64,000 nucleotides of DNA, from positions 40,436-104,435 of the forward strand of contig DIXA01000055.1 of the NCBI GenBank assembly GCA_002428565.1, in the 5' to 3' direction. The notes under the pieces were generated by a model. It was not told where the DNA came from. It did no database searches and was given only the letters and a program-made list of their open reading frames with translations. Below, in pieces: positions 27,122-36,564 of the stretch. Origin of the DNA: Anaerolineales bacterium UBA6092. GTDB taxonomy: Bacteria; Chloroflexota; Anaerolineae; Anaerolineales; UBA4823. The translations under genes were made by a program, and so were the position numbers. How positions within the stretch are numbered: position 1 is the first letter of the stretch; each line of letters opens with the position of its first letter.

Positions 27122-27658
27122 TTACCTCTCTCGGATGCCCAACAGCGCCGCCAGTACCGCCGGGTCCAGATCCACCTCGGGGATTTCCTGGGTCTGGTAA
27201 GCCTGCCCGGCGCGCTCGCGCAGCGCTGCCCAGAGCGTCTTGCGCTCCTCTGACTGTACCACCAGGTCGTTGACCGTCTCAGCCCGCAGCAGGTACTCGC
27301 CGGTGGTGTAGAGGAAGGTCACCCGCCGCCACTTGCCCGCCGGAATAGGCTGCGGCAGCGCCTCCAGCGGGCCGATCTGTACCTTGTAGTATTCCTCACG
27401 GGCACGCGGGTGGTCGGGCTCGTCTTGCAGCAGCTCGGCACGCGTCACCAGCTCGTGCCCGCGCACCGGCGCCACATGCTGGATGCGCCACTTCTGCTCC
27501 TCGAAGGCGCCGGTCTGGTAAAAGGCCAGATAATCCACCGCCACCACCTTGGGCGCGCTGCGCAGAGGGATGCGGTACCAACCCAACAGCCGGGCGATCT
27601 CCAGATCGCGCGGCTGGTTGAGCACCGCCACCAACACCAGCGAAGTTGCCGAGAGCAT
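27122..27658 (-). CDS. Conserved-looking hypothetical protein (178 aa)
   Basis: ATG at 27658 (the track ORF starts at an upstream non-ATG codon). 2-nt gap to the next gene. GWYRIPLRSAPK...DYLAFYQT motif. No family name recalled. Confidence 0.55.
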   Translation of the reverse strand: MLSATSLVLVAVLNQPRDLEIARLLGWYRIPLRSAPKVVAVDYLAFYQTGAFEEQKWRIQHVAPVRGHELVTRAELLQDEPDHPRAREEYYKVQIGPLEALPQPIPAGKWRRVTFLYTTGEYLLRAETVNDLVVQSEERKTLWAALRERAGQAYQTQEIPEVDLDPAVLAALLGIRER

Positions 27659-27692
27659 CGCATCGCCCTCCTGACCCCCCACCTAACAATAC

Positions 27693-27747
27693 TGCCGAAA
27701 CAGGGTGTTTGCGGGCGCAAAGCGCCTGCGAACACCCTGTTTCGGCA
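27693..27747 (-). terminator. Long hairpin (about 26-bp stem with two G-T pairs, AAA loop) after the PLP-enzyme gene
   Basis: TGCCGAAACAGGGTGTTTGCGGGCGC-AAA-GCGCCTGCGAACACCCTGTTTCGGCA, 3 nt after the stop at 27751. It may be a terminator or attenuator within the co-directional block. Confidence 0.5.
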
Positions 27748-27750
27748 ACT

Positions 27751-29214
27751 TTACAGTCCAACCTCGCGGTTGAACTCCTCGATCAGTGCATCCATCTCCG
27801 GAATCTGCTTCTGAACGTCCGTCCAGTAATCCCGCTCATGCCACTGCGCCAGGATCTCCTCGTAGGTCTTGCCCTGCTGCTCCACCCAGGTGTAGTACTT
27901 CAGATTGTGCACCCGGCGGCGGTCGGTGTAGGTCAGCTCAGCCATGTTGTCGGTCGACTGCCCATGCAGATAGCGGGCGAAATCCGTCGCCGCGTCGATC
28001 TCAGTGTATTGGCCGTACTCCTGGTGCATCTCCACCAGGCGGCTTTCGTACAGTTCCATCGAGTCGGTCAGCACGGTCAGCAGGATATCCTGCTCGCCCA
28101 GCTCGTAATACTTGGCCATCTTGATGGCGCTGAGCACGTTGGAGATGCTCGAAAAGCCCATCAGATCCAGGCTGGCTACCACGGCCTCAGGCACGCCCTT
28201 CTTGGCCAGGTAAGCCCGCCCGGCCGGCTCGTTGAACAGGCGCGACAGGTTGACCACAGCATTATCGTCGATCGCCACCACCATATCGGTATTCTTCGAG
28301 TTATGGATCCAGGGCACATGCTTATCGCCGATGCCCTCGATGCGGTGGGCGCCGAAGCCGTTCTCCAACAGCGTGGGGCACTGCAGCGCCTCGCTGGCGC
28401 AGATCTTGCTGGCGGGGAACAACTGCTTCAGGTAATCGCCGCTGGCAATGGTGCCCGCCGAGCCGGTGGCCGAGGCCATGCCGCGGTACTCGTCGCCGGG
28501 GCGCATCACCTGCTGCAGCACCTCTTCCATAGCGTGCCCGGTGATCTCGTAATGCCACAGGTAGTTGCCAAACTCATCGAACTGGTTGAAGATCATCAGG
28601 TCTTGCCCCGATTTACGCAGCTCCCAGCATTTGTCGAAGATCTCTTTGACGTTCGACTCGCTGCCGGGGGTCTTGATCGTCTCACCGGCGATCTTGGAAA
28701 GCCAATCGAAGCGCTCCTGGCTCATGCCTTCGGGCAAGATAGCGATCGATTCGCAGGCCAAAAGGGTCGAATCATAAGCGCCGCCGCGGCAGTAGTTGCC
28801 GGTAGAAGGCCAGACGGCTTTCTGCGTGGTCGGGTCGAACTGTCCCGTGACCAGGCGCGGCACCAGGCAGCCAAAGGCCGCCCCCACCTTGTGCGCACCG
28901 GTGGGGAACCACTTACCCACCAGGACGATGATGCGCGCCGGGACGCCGGTCAGGCTGGAGGGCAGCTCCATATAGTTAACGCCGCCAAACCCGCCGCCCT
29001 TGGGCGTGGGCTGGTTCTTCCAGGTGATGCGGAAGAGGTTACGCGGGTTCACGTCCCACAAGCCAATCGTGCTAAGCTGCTCTTTGATGCGCGCCGGGAT
29101 CTTGCCAGGGTCTTTCATCTGGGCAAAGGTGGGGATGATGATATTGCGCTCACGCACACGCTGAATGGCGCGGGCGCGGCGGTCGGGATGTACGGTTAAA
29201 TCAATCTTGGTCAT
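27751..29214 (-). CDS. Fold-type-II PLP-dependent enzyme (cysteine synthase/CysK superfamily, long 487-aa form)
   Basis: TGAHKVGAAFG (candidate PLP lysine) and the glycine-rich loop ATGSAGTIASG. Extra N- and C-terminal extensions relative to CysK. Confidence 0.7.
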   Translation of the reverse strand: MTKIDLTVHPDRRARAIQRVRERNIIIPTFAQMKDPGKIPARIKEQLSTIGLWDVNPRNLFRITWKNQPTPKGGGFGGVNYMELPSSLTGVPARIIVLVGKWFPTGAHKVGAAFGCLVPRLVTGQFDPTTQKAVWPSTGNYCRGGAYDSTLLACESIAILPEGMSQERFDWLSKIAGETIKTPGSESNVKEIFDKCWELRKSGQDLMIFNQFDEFGNYLWHYEITGHAMEEVLQQVMRPGDEYRGMASATGSAGTIASGDYLKQLFPASKICASEALQCPTLLENGFGAHRIEGIGDKHVPWIHNSKNTDMVVAIDDNAVVNLSRLFNEPAGRAYLAKKGVPEAVVASLDLMGFSSISNVLSAIKMAKYYELGEQDILLTVLTDSMELYESRLVEMHQEYGQYTEIDAATDFARYLHGQSTDNMAELTYTDRRRVHNLKYYTWVEQQGKTYEEILAQWHERDYWTDVQKQIPEMDALIEEFNREVGL

Positions 29215-29273
29215 GGCTTTTTTATCCTATTCGTGTGTTCTATGGTTGTCCAATACCCTCGCTGGCCCTTTAT

Positions 29274-29341
29274 GACGACGAAAGTCGTCACTACAATATG
29301 CCTTGTAGCAACAACTTCAGTCGTTACCGCAGCGAAGGCAT
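29274..29341. repeat. Cluster of short tetraloop hairpins (GACGAC-GAAA-GTCGTC; CTACAA-N6-TTGTAG; AACAAC-TTCA-GTCGTT), related to 37743-37788
   Basis: Read directly. Shares GTAGyArCrACTTCAGTCG (16 of 19 nt) with the second locus. Confidence 0.55.
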
Positions 29342-29356
29342 TGGTTGGTTCGTTGA

Positions 29357-30310
29357 TTAGTCTTGCTCCGCGGGTGCCTCTTTCGACGGCGCCTCGCGCA
29401 CAATATACATCGGGCGGCCCTTGGCCTGGTCGTACAGGCGGCCAATATACTCGCCCAAGATGCCCAACGAAATGAGCTGCACCCCGCCCAGGAACAGCAC
29501 AGCAATGAGCGTGGTGGCCTGCCCAAGGAAAGCCTCATCGCCGGCGATGCGCAGCACGATCACCACCGGGATGGCCAAAATACTCAAACCCGCCGCGACA
29601 AAGCCGACGTAGGTGGCTAACTGCAAGGGCAGGTACGAGAACGAGGTGATGGCATCGCTGGCGAATTTCACCATCTTCTTCAGCGGGTACTTGGTCTCGC
29701 CGCTGAAACGGGCGGCGCGGCGGTATTCCACACCCGTCTGCTTGAAGCCCACCCACACCGACATGCCGCGCAGGAAGCGATGGCGCTCGCGCATCTGGTT
29801 CATCACATTCACCACTTTGCGGTCCAGCAGACGGAAGTCGCCGGTATCCATGGGGATGTTCACATCCGTGATGCGGTAGATCAGCCGGTAGAAGAGCTTG
29901 GCGGTAAACAGCTTGAACCAGGTCTCGCCTTCGCGCTCAGAGCGGATGGCGTACACCACCTCAAAACCCTCGCGCCACTTGGCGATCAGGTCAGGCACGG
30001 CTTCGGGCGGGTCTTGCAGGTCCGAGTCCATGATCACCACAGCCTGGCCGCGGGCGTAATCCAGCCCGGCAGTGACGGCGATCTGATGGCCAAAGTTGCG
30101 GGCAAAGATCACCGGGCGCAGGCGCGGGTCTTGCCGGGCCAGCTCGCGCATCATATCCGTCGAGCCATCCGTCGAGCCGTCGTCCACCAGCACCAGCTCC
30201 CAGGGCTCGCCCAACCCGTCCATGGTCTCTTTGACGCGGCGGTACAGCTCGGGCATATTGCCGATCTCGTTGAAAATGGGGCAAACAATAGAGAAAGTTG
30301 GAGAAGTCAT
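29357..30310 (-). CDS. GT2 glycosyltransferase, polyprenyl-phosphate sugar synthase type (GtrB/ArnC/DPM1-like) with 2 C-terminal TM helices
   Basis: 317 aa. SIVCPIFNE, LVLVDDGSTDGS, VIMDSDLQDPP. The start overlaps the upstream gene's stop (4 nt). Confidence 0.85.
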   Translation of the reverse strand: MTSPTFSIVCPIFNEIGNMPELYRRVKETMDGLGEPWELVLVDDGSTDGSTDMMRELARQDPRLRPVIFARNFGHQIAVTAGLDYARGQAVVIMDSDLQDPPEAVPDLIAKWREGFEVVYAIRSEREGETWFKLFTAKLFYRLIYRITDVNIPMDTGDFRLLDRKVVNVMNQMRERHRFLRGMSVWVGFKQTGVEYRRAARFSGETKYPLKKMVKFASDAITSFSYLPLQLATYVGFVAAGLSILAIPVVIVLRIAGDEAFLGQATTLIAVLFLGGVQLISLGILGEYIGRLYDQAKGRPMYIVREAPSKEAPAEQD

Positions 30311-31578
30311 GATCGATTTTCAATCACCTTTTTTAGAGAATCCAGGTTCGGTGCGATCACCGGGGGTTCGCCTGCAGCCTGCATGGCGGCGCGCACATCT
30401 TTCAACCCGCTGCCCGTGTTGAGCACCAACACCGGGTCATCTGGCGCCAGCAGGCCGTCTTGCAACGCCTTGAGCATCCCGGCGTAAGAAGTGGCCCCGG
30501 CAGGCTCGGCGAAGATGCCCGCCTGGCCCAGTTCCGTAATTGCCGCCAGGATCTCGGCATCGCACACCACCACATAGCGGCCGCCGGTCTGGCGCGCCGC
30601 CCGCACACCGCGCACACCGTCGCGTGGCAGGTCTACGGAAATACTGTCAGCCAGGGTCTTGGCTGAAACCGGAATGATCGTCTCGCTGCCGGCGAAGAAC
30701 GCGTTGGCAATCGCCGCCGAGCCTTCGGCCTGCACGCCAAAGATGCGCGGCATGTAATCCAACCAGCCCAGGGCCTGCAGGTCTTTGAAGCCTTTGTGGA
30801 TGCCCGAGATGATATTGCCATCGCCTACCGAAACGAACACGTTCAGCGGCTTTTGGCGCAGTACCGGCTGCGGGTTATTCGTCAGCCACTCCCAGATCTC
30901 CAGCGCGGCGGTCTTCTTGCCCTCCGCAGTGAAGGGGTTATATCCCGTGTTGCGGCAGTACCAGCCAAATTCCTGGGCGGCCTGAATGGTCAGATCGAAA
31001 GCATCATCGTAGGTGCCGTTCACCAGCACCACCGTAGCCCCGTAGATGAGCAATTGGGCCACTTTGGCCGGAGGGGCGGTGCGCGGCGCCAGGATCACTG
31101 CCGGTTGGCCCACCGCCGCCGCCATGCCCGCCAGGGCAGCCCCGGCATTGCCGGTGGAGGCGGTCACTACCACACCCGCCTTGATCTGGCGGGCGCGGCC
31201 CACCAGCACGGCGCTGGCGCGGTCTTTAAATGAAGCGGTGGGGTTGCGGCTTTCATCTTTCACCCACAGATACGCCAGGTTGTGCTTGCGCGCCAGCCGC
31301 TCCGGCGCAAAGACCGGCGTCCAGCCTGCGGCATGCAGCGGGGTGCCTTCGCCGCCGGGGTCGCCCACCGGCAGCAGCGGCAGGTAGCGCCACAAGGAAG
31401 GCTCGCGGCTGGCAAAGATATCGGCAGGCTGCACGCGGCGGCGAATGAACTCGTAATCCAGCAACACATCCAGGTTGCCGCCGTCTTTGGGGCAGGTATA
31501 GGTCACCTCGCCGGAGGCGTAACCTGTGCCGCACAGCGAGCAGCGGTAACCGCTGAAGTATTCCCGGTTGCTCATCAT
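30307..31578 (-). CDS. Threonine-synthase-like fold-type-II PLP enzyme with an N-terminal zinc ribbon
   Basis: 423 aa. CSLCGTGY...YTCPKDGG zinc ribbon and SFKDRAS (PLP lysine motif). 4-nt overlaps on both sides (permease upstream, GT2 downstream). Confidence 0.7.
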   Translation of the reverse strand: MMSNREYFSGYRCSLCGTGYASGEVTYTCPKDGGNLDVLLDYEFIRRRVQPADIFASREPSLWRYLPLLPVGDPGGEGTPLHAAGWTPVFAPERLARKHNLAYLWVKDESRNPTASFKDRASAVLVGRARQIKAGVVVTASTGNAGAALAGMAAAVGQPAVILAPRTAPPAKVAQLLIYGATVVLVNGTYDDAFDLTIQAAQEFGWYCRNTGYNPFTAEGKKTAALEIWEWLTNNPQPVLRQKPLNVFVSVGDGNIISGIHKGFKDLQALGWLDYMPRIFGVQAEGSAAIANAFFAGSETIIPVSAKTLADSISVDLPRDGVRGVRAARQTGGRYVVVCDAEILAAITELGQAGIFAEPAGATSYAGMLKALQDGLLAPDDPVLVLNTGSGLKDVRAAMQAAGEPPVIAPNLDSLKKVIENRS

Positions 31579-32543
31579 CCACCTCGCTCCCCACGCACAT
31601 AGGGCAGACCCAGCGCGGCCGGAGAGCCCAGGCGTTTACGCACTGCCTCGCGTGAGCCGATCACCAGCACGATCATGGTGAAAGCATACGGCAGCATTTG
31701 CAGGAAGAAGCCCCAATATGGATTATAGTAGAAGGGGTTGCGCAGGCCCAGGATCATCATCGGGCCCTGGATATCCAGGATCAGCCGCCGCAGCGCACCG
31801 AAGGCATACGCGCCAAAAGCCGCCCGCAGCGGGTTCCACTGGGCAAAGATCACCAGGCCCACGGCAATCCAGCCTTGCCCGCCGGTGGTCAGCTCGCTGA
31901 ACCAGCCGGGGGCAACCGCCAGGCTGATGGTCGCGCCGCCCAGCCCTGCCAGCATCCCACCGACGAAAACATACAAGTAGCGCAGACCGCGCACATTGAT
32001 GCCCTGCGAATCGACCGCCGCAGGGTTCTCGCCCACCGCCCGCAGGTGCAGCCCGGGACGAGTGTGGTTAATGTAATACCAGGTCAGCGGGGTGAGCAGG
32101 TAGCCAATGTACACCATGATGCTCTGTTTGGTGAAAAAGATCGGCCCCAGCAGGGGGATCCTCTCCAGCAGGGGGATGGAAAAGTTCGGCAGCAGCGCAA
32201 TCGTACCCGCCTTGCTCAGTCCCTCGCCCAAGACCAGGCTGATGCCCGTGGCCAGGAAGGTCAGCGCCAGGCCGCTCACCACCTGGTCGGCCTGTAGGTG
32301 AATAGATATGTAGGCATGGATCTGGCTGACCAGCCCGGCGGCGATCATCGCCACCAGCAAGCCCAGCCAGGGGTTGCCGGTGGCCACCGCGGTGCTGAAG
32401 GCACTCATGGCGCCGATCAGCATCATCCCTTCCACGCCCAGGTTCAACACGCCAGAGCGTTCGGTCAGCAGTTCGCCAATCGTAGCAAACAGCAGCACCG
32501 TTCCGCTGGCGACCCCTGCCTGTAAGATAATGATCAAGTCCAT
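31575..32543 (-). CDS. ABC transporter permease (BMP/nucleoside-type, second permease)
   Basis: 322 aa, polytopic, typical of the RbsC/NupQ-like family. Confidence 0.8.
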   Translation of the reverse strand: MDLIIILQAGVASGTVLLFATIGELLTERSGVLNLGVEGMMLIGAMSAFSTAVATGNPWLGLLVAMIAAGLVSQIHAYISIHLQADQVVSGLALTFLATGISLVLGEGLSKAGTIALLPNFSIPLLERIPLLGPIFFTKQSIMVYIGYLLTPLTWYYINHTRPGLHLRAVGENPAAVDSQGINVRGLRYLYVFVGGMLAGLGGATISLAVAPGWFSELTTGGQGWIAVGLVIFAQWNPLRAAFGAYAFGALRRLILDIQGPMMILGLRNPFYYNPYWGFFLQMLPYAFTMIVLVIGSREAVRKRLGSPAALGLPYVRGERGG

Positions 32544-32546
32544 GGA

Positions 32547-33686
32547 TCAGGCCTCCTCTGGGCTGCGCTCGATGCGCACCTGATAGTGCAGCAGGAAGTC
32601 GCTGGCGATCAGGCACACCAGTATGATGCCCTGGATCATCTTGGGGATGCCGGAGGGCTGGATCTCGCGTCCGGCAAGGATCAGCGCCCCGAACAAGATC
32701 GAAACGATGATCACCGCCAGCGGGTTCAGCTTCGCCAGCCAGGCAATGATGATGCCGGTGAAGCCATAACCCGGCGAGACGCGCTCTTGCAAACGGTGCA
32801 CCACCCCCGTCACCTCCGACATACCCGCCAGCCCCGCCAGCGCACCCGAGAGCATCATCACCAGGATCGTATTGCGGGCAATATTGATCCCGGCATAGCG
32901 GGCGTTCTGCGGGTTATCGCCAATCAGGCGGATCTCGTAGCCCCAGCGGCTGCGGTAAACGATGAACCACACCACCGCCGCCGCCACCAGACCAAAGATC
33001 AAGCCTAGGTGCGAGGTCAACCCGCGCAGCGCCGGGATCTGTTCCGCCAGGTCGGAGATGCGCGGCAGCCAGGCCGTTTTGGGGAACATCTCGCTCATCT
33101 GGAAACCGCCGTAAGACCAGACCGCAAAGATGAAATAATTGTTCCAGGCCACGGCAATGTAGTTCATCATCAAGGTGGAGATGATCTCATTGACATTGAA
33201 ACGGGCCTTCAAGAAGCCGGGGATGAGACCCCAGACTGCGCCTGCCACCATCCCCGCCACCATCATCACCGGGATAAAGATCCACGGCGAGGTATCGGCA
33301 GGCAGCACCGGCAGCAGCACAATGGCGCTGGCCCCAAACACGCCCAGGTAGAACTGTCCCTCCGCACCGATGTTCCACAGGCGCATGCGGAAAGCCACCG
33401 AGCAGGCCAAACCCACCAGAATGAGCGGCGTGGCTTTAACGATCGTATCCGAAAAGACGCCCCAACTGCCAAAAGAAGCCCGGGCGATGTGCGCATACGA
33501 GGCAAAGGGATTGGCGCCCGCCAGCGCCATGATGACCCCGCCCAAGATCAGCGCGACCACGATGGCGCCAAAAGAAATCATCACCGGGTACCAGCGCGGC
33601 GGCTGTACCAGGCGCTTTTCCAGGCGCACAGTAAAAGGCAGTCCCCACTTCCGGGGCGGAACAGGGGATTTGGTTGATTCTGTCAT
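32547..33686 (-). CDS. ABC transporter permease (BMP/nucleoside-type, first permease)
   Basis: 379 aa, polytopic. 4-nt overlap with the ATPase gene. Confidence 0.8.
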   Translation of the reverse strand: MTESTKSPVPPRKWGLPFTVRLEKRLVQPPRWYPVMISFGAIVVALILGGVIMALAGANPFASYAHIARASFGSWGVFSDTIVKATPLILVGLACSVAFRMRLWNIGAEGQFYLGVFGASAIVLLPVLPADTSPWIFIPVMMVAGMVAGAVWGLIPGFLKARFNVNEIISTLMMNYIAVAWNNYFIFAVWSYGGFQMSEMFPKTAWLPRISDLAEQIPALRGLTSHLGLIFGLVAAAVVWFIVYRSRWGYEIRLIGDNPQNARYAGINIARNTILVMMLSGALAGLAGMSEVTGVVHRLQERVSPGYGFTGIIIAWLAKLNPLAVIIVSILFGALILAGREIQPSGIPKMIQGIILVCLIASDFLLHYQVRIERSPEEA

Positions 33687-35266
33687 GATGGGCTTTCTCC
33701 TGAAATTTCATCCAGCGGTGTGCCGGTCATCATCAGGCCAATCTTCTCAAAACTATCTTGCAGGGCGCTGCCGCTCAACTCGCCCATGATCTTCCCCTCA
33801 TAGATCACCAAAACACGGTCACTGAGCGCCAACAATTCCTCCAGCTCCTCCGAGATCAGCAAAATGGCCGAACCGTTCTCGCGCTGGTCCAAGAGCAGGC
33901 GGTGCACCCCTTCGATGGCGCCCACGTCCAGGCCGCGGGTTGGCTGCACGGCGACCATCAGGGCGGGGTTGGCAGAAATCTCGCGCGCCAGGATGACGCG
34001 CTGCAAATTACCCCCCGAGAGCATACGCACGGGCGTCTCCATGGTGGGGGTGATGATATCGTAGGTTTCTTTCAAATCATTGGCAAAGCGGTTGGCTTCT
34101 ACCATATCCAGCACCCAGCCGTGCGCCAGGGGCGGCTGGCGGTATTTCTTGGTGATCAGGTTATCGGTCACGCTCAGGTTGGGGGCGGTGCCAACGTGCG
34201 TGCGGTCTTCGGGGACGTAAGAAACGCCGCGCTGGATGGCTACGGCAGCCGGGCGGTTGGTCAGGTCTTCCCCGTTCAGCAGCACCCGCCCCTTCAGGCA
34301 GGTGCGCAGCCCGGTGATCACCTGAGCCAGCTCGGTCTGCCCGTTCCCGGCAACCCCTGCCAGCCCCACGATCTCCCCGGTGCGCACGTTCAAAGACAGA
34401 TCACGCAGCGCCGGCAGGCCCTTATCGTTCTCTGCTTCCAGGTTCTCCAGCGAAAGCACCACCTCGCCCGCAGCCACCGGCTTCTTTTCCAATTGGAAGA
34501 GCACTTCACGTCCCACCATCAGGTTCGCCAGTTCCTGGCGGGAGGTTTCCGCGGTCTTGATCCCGGCCGCGGTCAGCACGCCCTTGCGCAGCACGGTCAC
34601 CCGGTCGGCAATCTCCATCACCTCTTGCAGTTTATGGCTGATGAAGATGACCGACTTACCCCCGGCAACCATCTTGCGCAGGGTATTGAACAACCCTTCG
34701 ATCTCCCGAGGCGCCAGGACGGCGGTTGGCTCATCCATGATCAGCACATCTGCGCCGCGGTAGAGCAGCTTCAGGATCTCCACACGCTGCTGCTCGCCCA
34801 CCGAGATCTGCCAGACCTTGGCGTTTGGGTCCACCTTCATCCCAAAGCGCTCGCCCACATCCGCTACGATCTGGTCATAATGCTTCAAGCGCAAGAAAAA
34901 GCGCGGCAACTCCATGCCCAGCAGCACATTCTCAGTAACCGTCTGCGAAGGGACGAGCATGAAGTGTTGGTGTACCATGCCAATGCCGGCCCGGATGGCA
35001 TCTCGCGGCGAGGAGAAGGAAACCGGCACACCTTTAACGCGGATCATCCCGGCGTCTGGGCGGTAAAGCCCACCCAGGATGTTCATCAGCGTACTCTTGC
35101 CAGCGCCGTTCTCGCCCAGCAAGGCATGGATCTCACCGGGGCGCAGGTCGAAATCCACATGATCATTCGCCAACACACCGGGGAATTTTTTGACAATGCC
35201 GCGCATTTCCACAACCCTGCTAAAAGCGGCTTCGGGATCGGAAACAGAAGGTGGAGATTGGATCAT
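33683..35266 (-). CDS. ABC transporter ATP-binding protein with duplicated ATPase domains
   Basis: First Walker A GENGAGKST, LSVGEQQRVEI signature and ILIMDEPTA. Second cassette with GVAGNGQ and LSGGNLQR. The track start is TTG 35278. ATG 35266 is preferred. Confidence 0.85.
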   Translation of the reverse strand: MIQSPPSVSDPEAAFSRVVEMRGIVKKFPGVLANDHVDFDLRPGEIHALLGENGAGKSTLMNILGGLYRPDAGMIRVKGVPVSFSSPRDAIRAGIGMVHQHFMLVPSQTVTENVLLGMELPRFFLRLKHYDQIVADVGERFGMKVDPNAKVWQISVGEQQRVEILKLLYRGADVLIMDEPTAVLAPREIEGLFNTLRKMVAGGKSVIFISHKLQEVMEIADRVTVLRKGVLTAAGIKTAETSRQELANLMVGREVLFQLEKKPVAAGEVVLSLENLEAENDKGLPALRDLSLNVRTGEIVGLAGVAGNGQTELAQVITGLRTCLKGRVLLNGEDLTNRPAAVAIQRGVSYVPEDRTHVGTAPNLSVTDNLITKKYRQPPLAHGWVLDMVEANRFANDLKETYDIITPTMETPVRMLSGGNLQRVILAREISANPALMVAVQPTRGLDVGAIEGVHRLLLDQRENGSAILLISEELEELLALSDRVLVIYEGKIMGELSGSALQDSFEKIGLMMTGTPLDEISGESPS

Positions 35267-35370
35267 CTTTGCACTCAATGTCTCACAGTCTCACAGCAAA
35301 AAACCAAGGGGCAGCCGGAGACCGGAACCGCCCCCCTGGCAGTTCCGGCCCCCGGCGAGGAAAGAAAGAT

Positions 35371-36564
35371 TTAGTTACCCGGCAGTTCAGCGGTGATCCC
35401 CTCAGCCCACCACTTCATGCAGAAGGTGCAGCCCAGCCCGTATTCAGGGAACTGGTCCAGGTCGGCCTGCGACAGCGCCTGGCCTTGCGGCACAAGCAGG
35501 TTGCCCTGGCTGTCATTGATGGGGCCAGTGAAGACATCGAAGCGGTCGAAATCGCCCACCAGCGAGGCAGCCACCAGGTCGCGTACTTCCTGAATCACTT
35601 CAGGCGGCAGCGAGGCGACACCCGAGGGAAGCGTCTGGCCTTCCATGAAGCCATACAGGCCCAGAGCGCCCGTCTCGGCGTCAAAGTAATCGAAGCCGGG
35701 TACGTAAGTGCCAGCGATGACCTTCTCGGTGATGGAGGCATATACCGGGCCCCAGTTCCAGTAGGGGGCGGTCAGGCAGCGCTCGACCTTGCAAGAGCCA
35801 TACCAGTCATACGTCACGCCCCATTTGCCCTTTTCCTGAGCCACATCGGCCACAGCGGGCGTATCCGCACCGGTGAAGACCACCTGCGCACCCGCGTCAA
35901 ACAGCGAGGCGGCGGCCTCTTTCTCGATGATGGGATCGTGCCAGGTGTTGATCCAGCGCACATCCATGGTGCATTCAGGGCAGGTTCGGCGCATGCCCAG
36001 GGCAATGGCGTTGCCCAGGCGCAGTTCTTCGGGGATGGGGAAGGTGGCCATGTAGCCCAGCTTGGGGTTGCCGTCGGCTTGAGCGCGCGCCCCAGCCAGC
36101 ATGCCTGCCAGGTACTTCATCACTTCCATGGCGCCAAACAGGTTGCCAAAGTTGGTGCCATTAGATTTGATGCCGCTGATGTGAACGAACATCGCCTCGG
36201 GGAACTCGCCCGCCACGATCTCCATGGGATCCATGAAGCCGTAGGAGGTGCCGATGATCAACTGGAAGCCTTTGCGCGCCAGGGCACGGAAGATCTGCTC
36301 TGAGTCGGCGCCTTCCGGCACGTTCTCTACATAAGCAATGTTCACGTCGGGTACGTTTTCCTTGACGTACAGCAGGCCTTCATAGTGCGCCTGCGACCAG
36401 CCGCCATCGTCATGCGGGCCGATCAGCACCATGGCTACGTTGAACTTACCGCTCTGCACATTGGGGATCTGGAACCCGCCCACTTCTTCAGGCCCGCAGG
36501 CCGTAAGAACCAGCGAGAGCACCAGAAGCACAGAGACAATTTGCCACACGATCTTGGAACGCAT
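35371..36564 (-). CDS. BMP-family (Med/PnrA-like) substrate-binding lipoprotein of the ABC transporter
   Basis: 397 aa. Lipoprotein signal VLLVLSLVLTAC. SD AGGAGG upstream of ATG 36564. Confidence 0.8.
   Translation of the reverse strand: MRSKIVWQIVSVLLVLSLVLTACGPEEVGGFQIPNVQSGKFNVAMVLIGPHDDGGWSQAHYEGLLYVKENVPDVNIAYVENVPEGADSEQIFRALARKGFQLIIGTSYGFMDPMEIVAGEFPEAMFVHISGIKSNGTNFGNLFGAMEVMKYLAGMLAGARAQADGNPKLGYMATFPIPEELRLGNAIALGMRRTCPECTMDVRWINTWHDPIIEKEAAASLFDAGAQVVFTGADTPAVADVAQEKGKWGVTYDWYGSCKVERCLTAPYWNWGPVYASITEKVIAGTYVPGFDYFDAETGALGLYGFMEGQTLPSGVASLPPEVIQEVRDLVAASLVGDFDRFDVFTGPINDSQGNLLVPQGQALSQADLDQFPEYGLGCTFCMKWWAEGITAELPGN

Noticed and set aside
29233-29475. 80-aa plus-strand ORF (MCSMVVQYPRW...TTKVVTT...VATTSVVTA...)
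   Set aside because: It lies in an intergenic hairpin-repeat cluster and runs antisense into the GT2 gene. Its sequence is simply the translation of the repeats.
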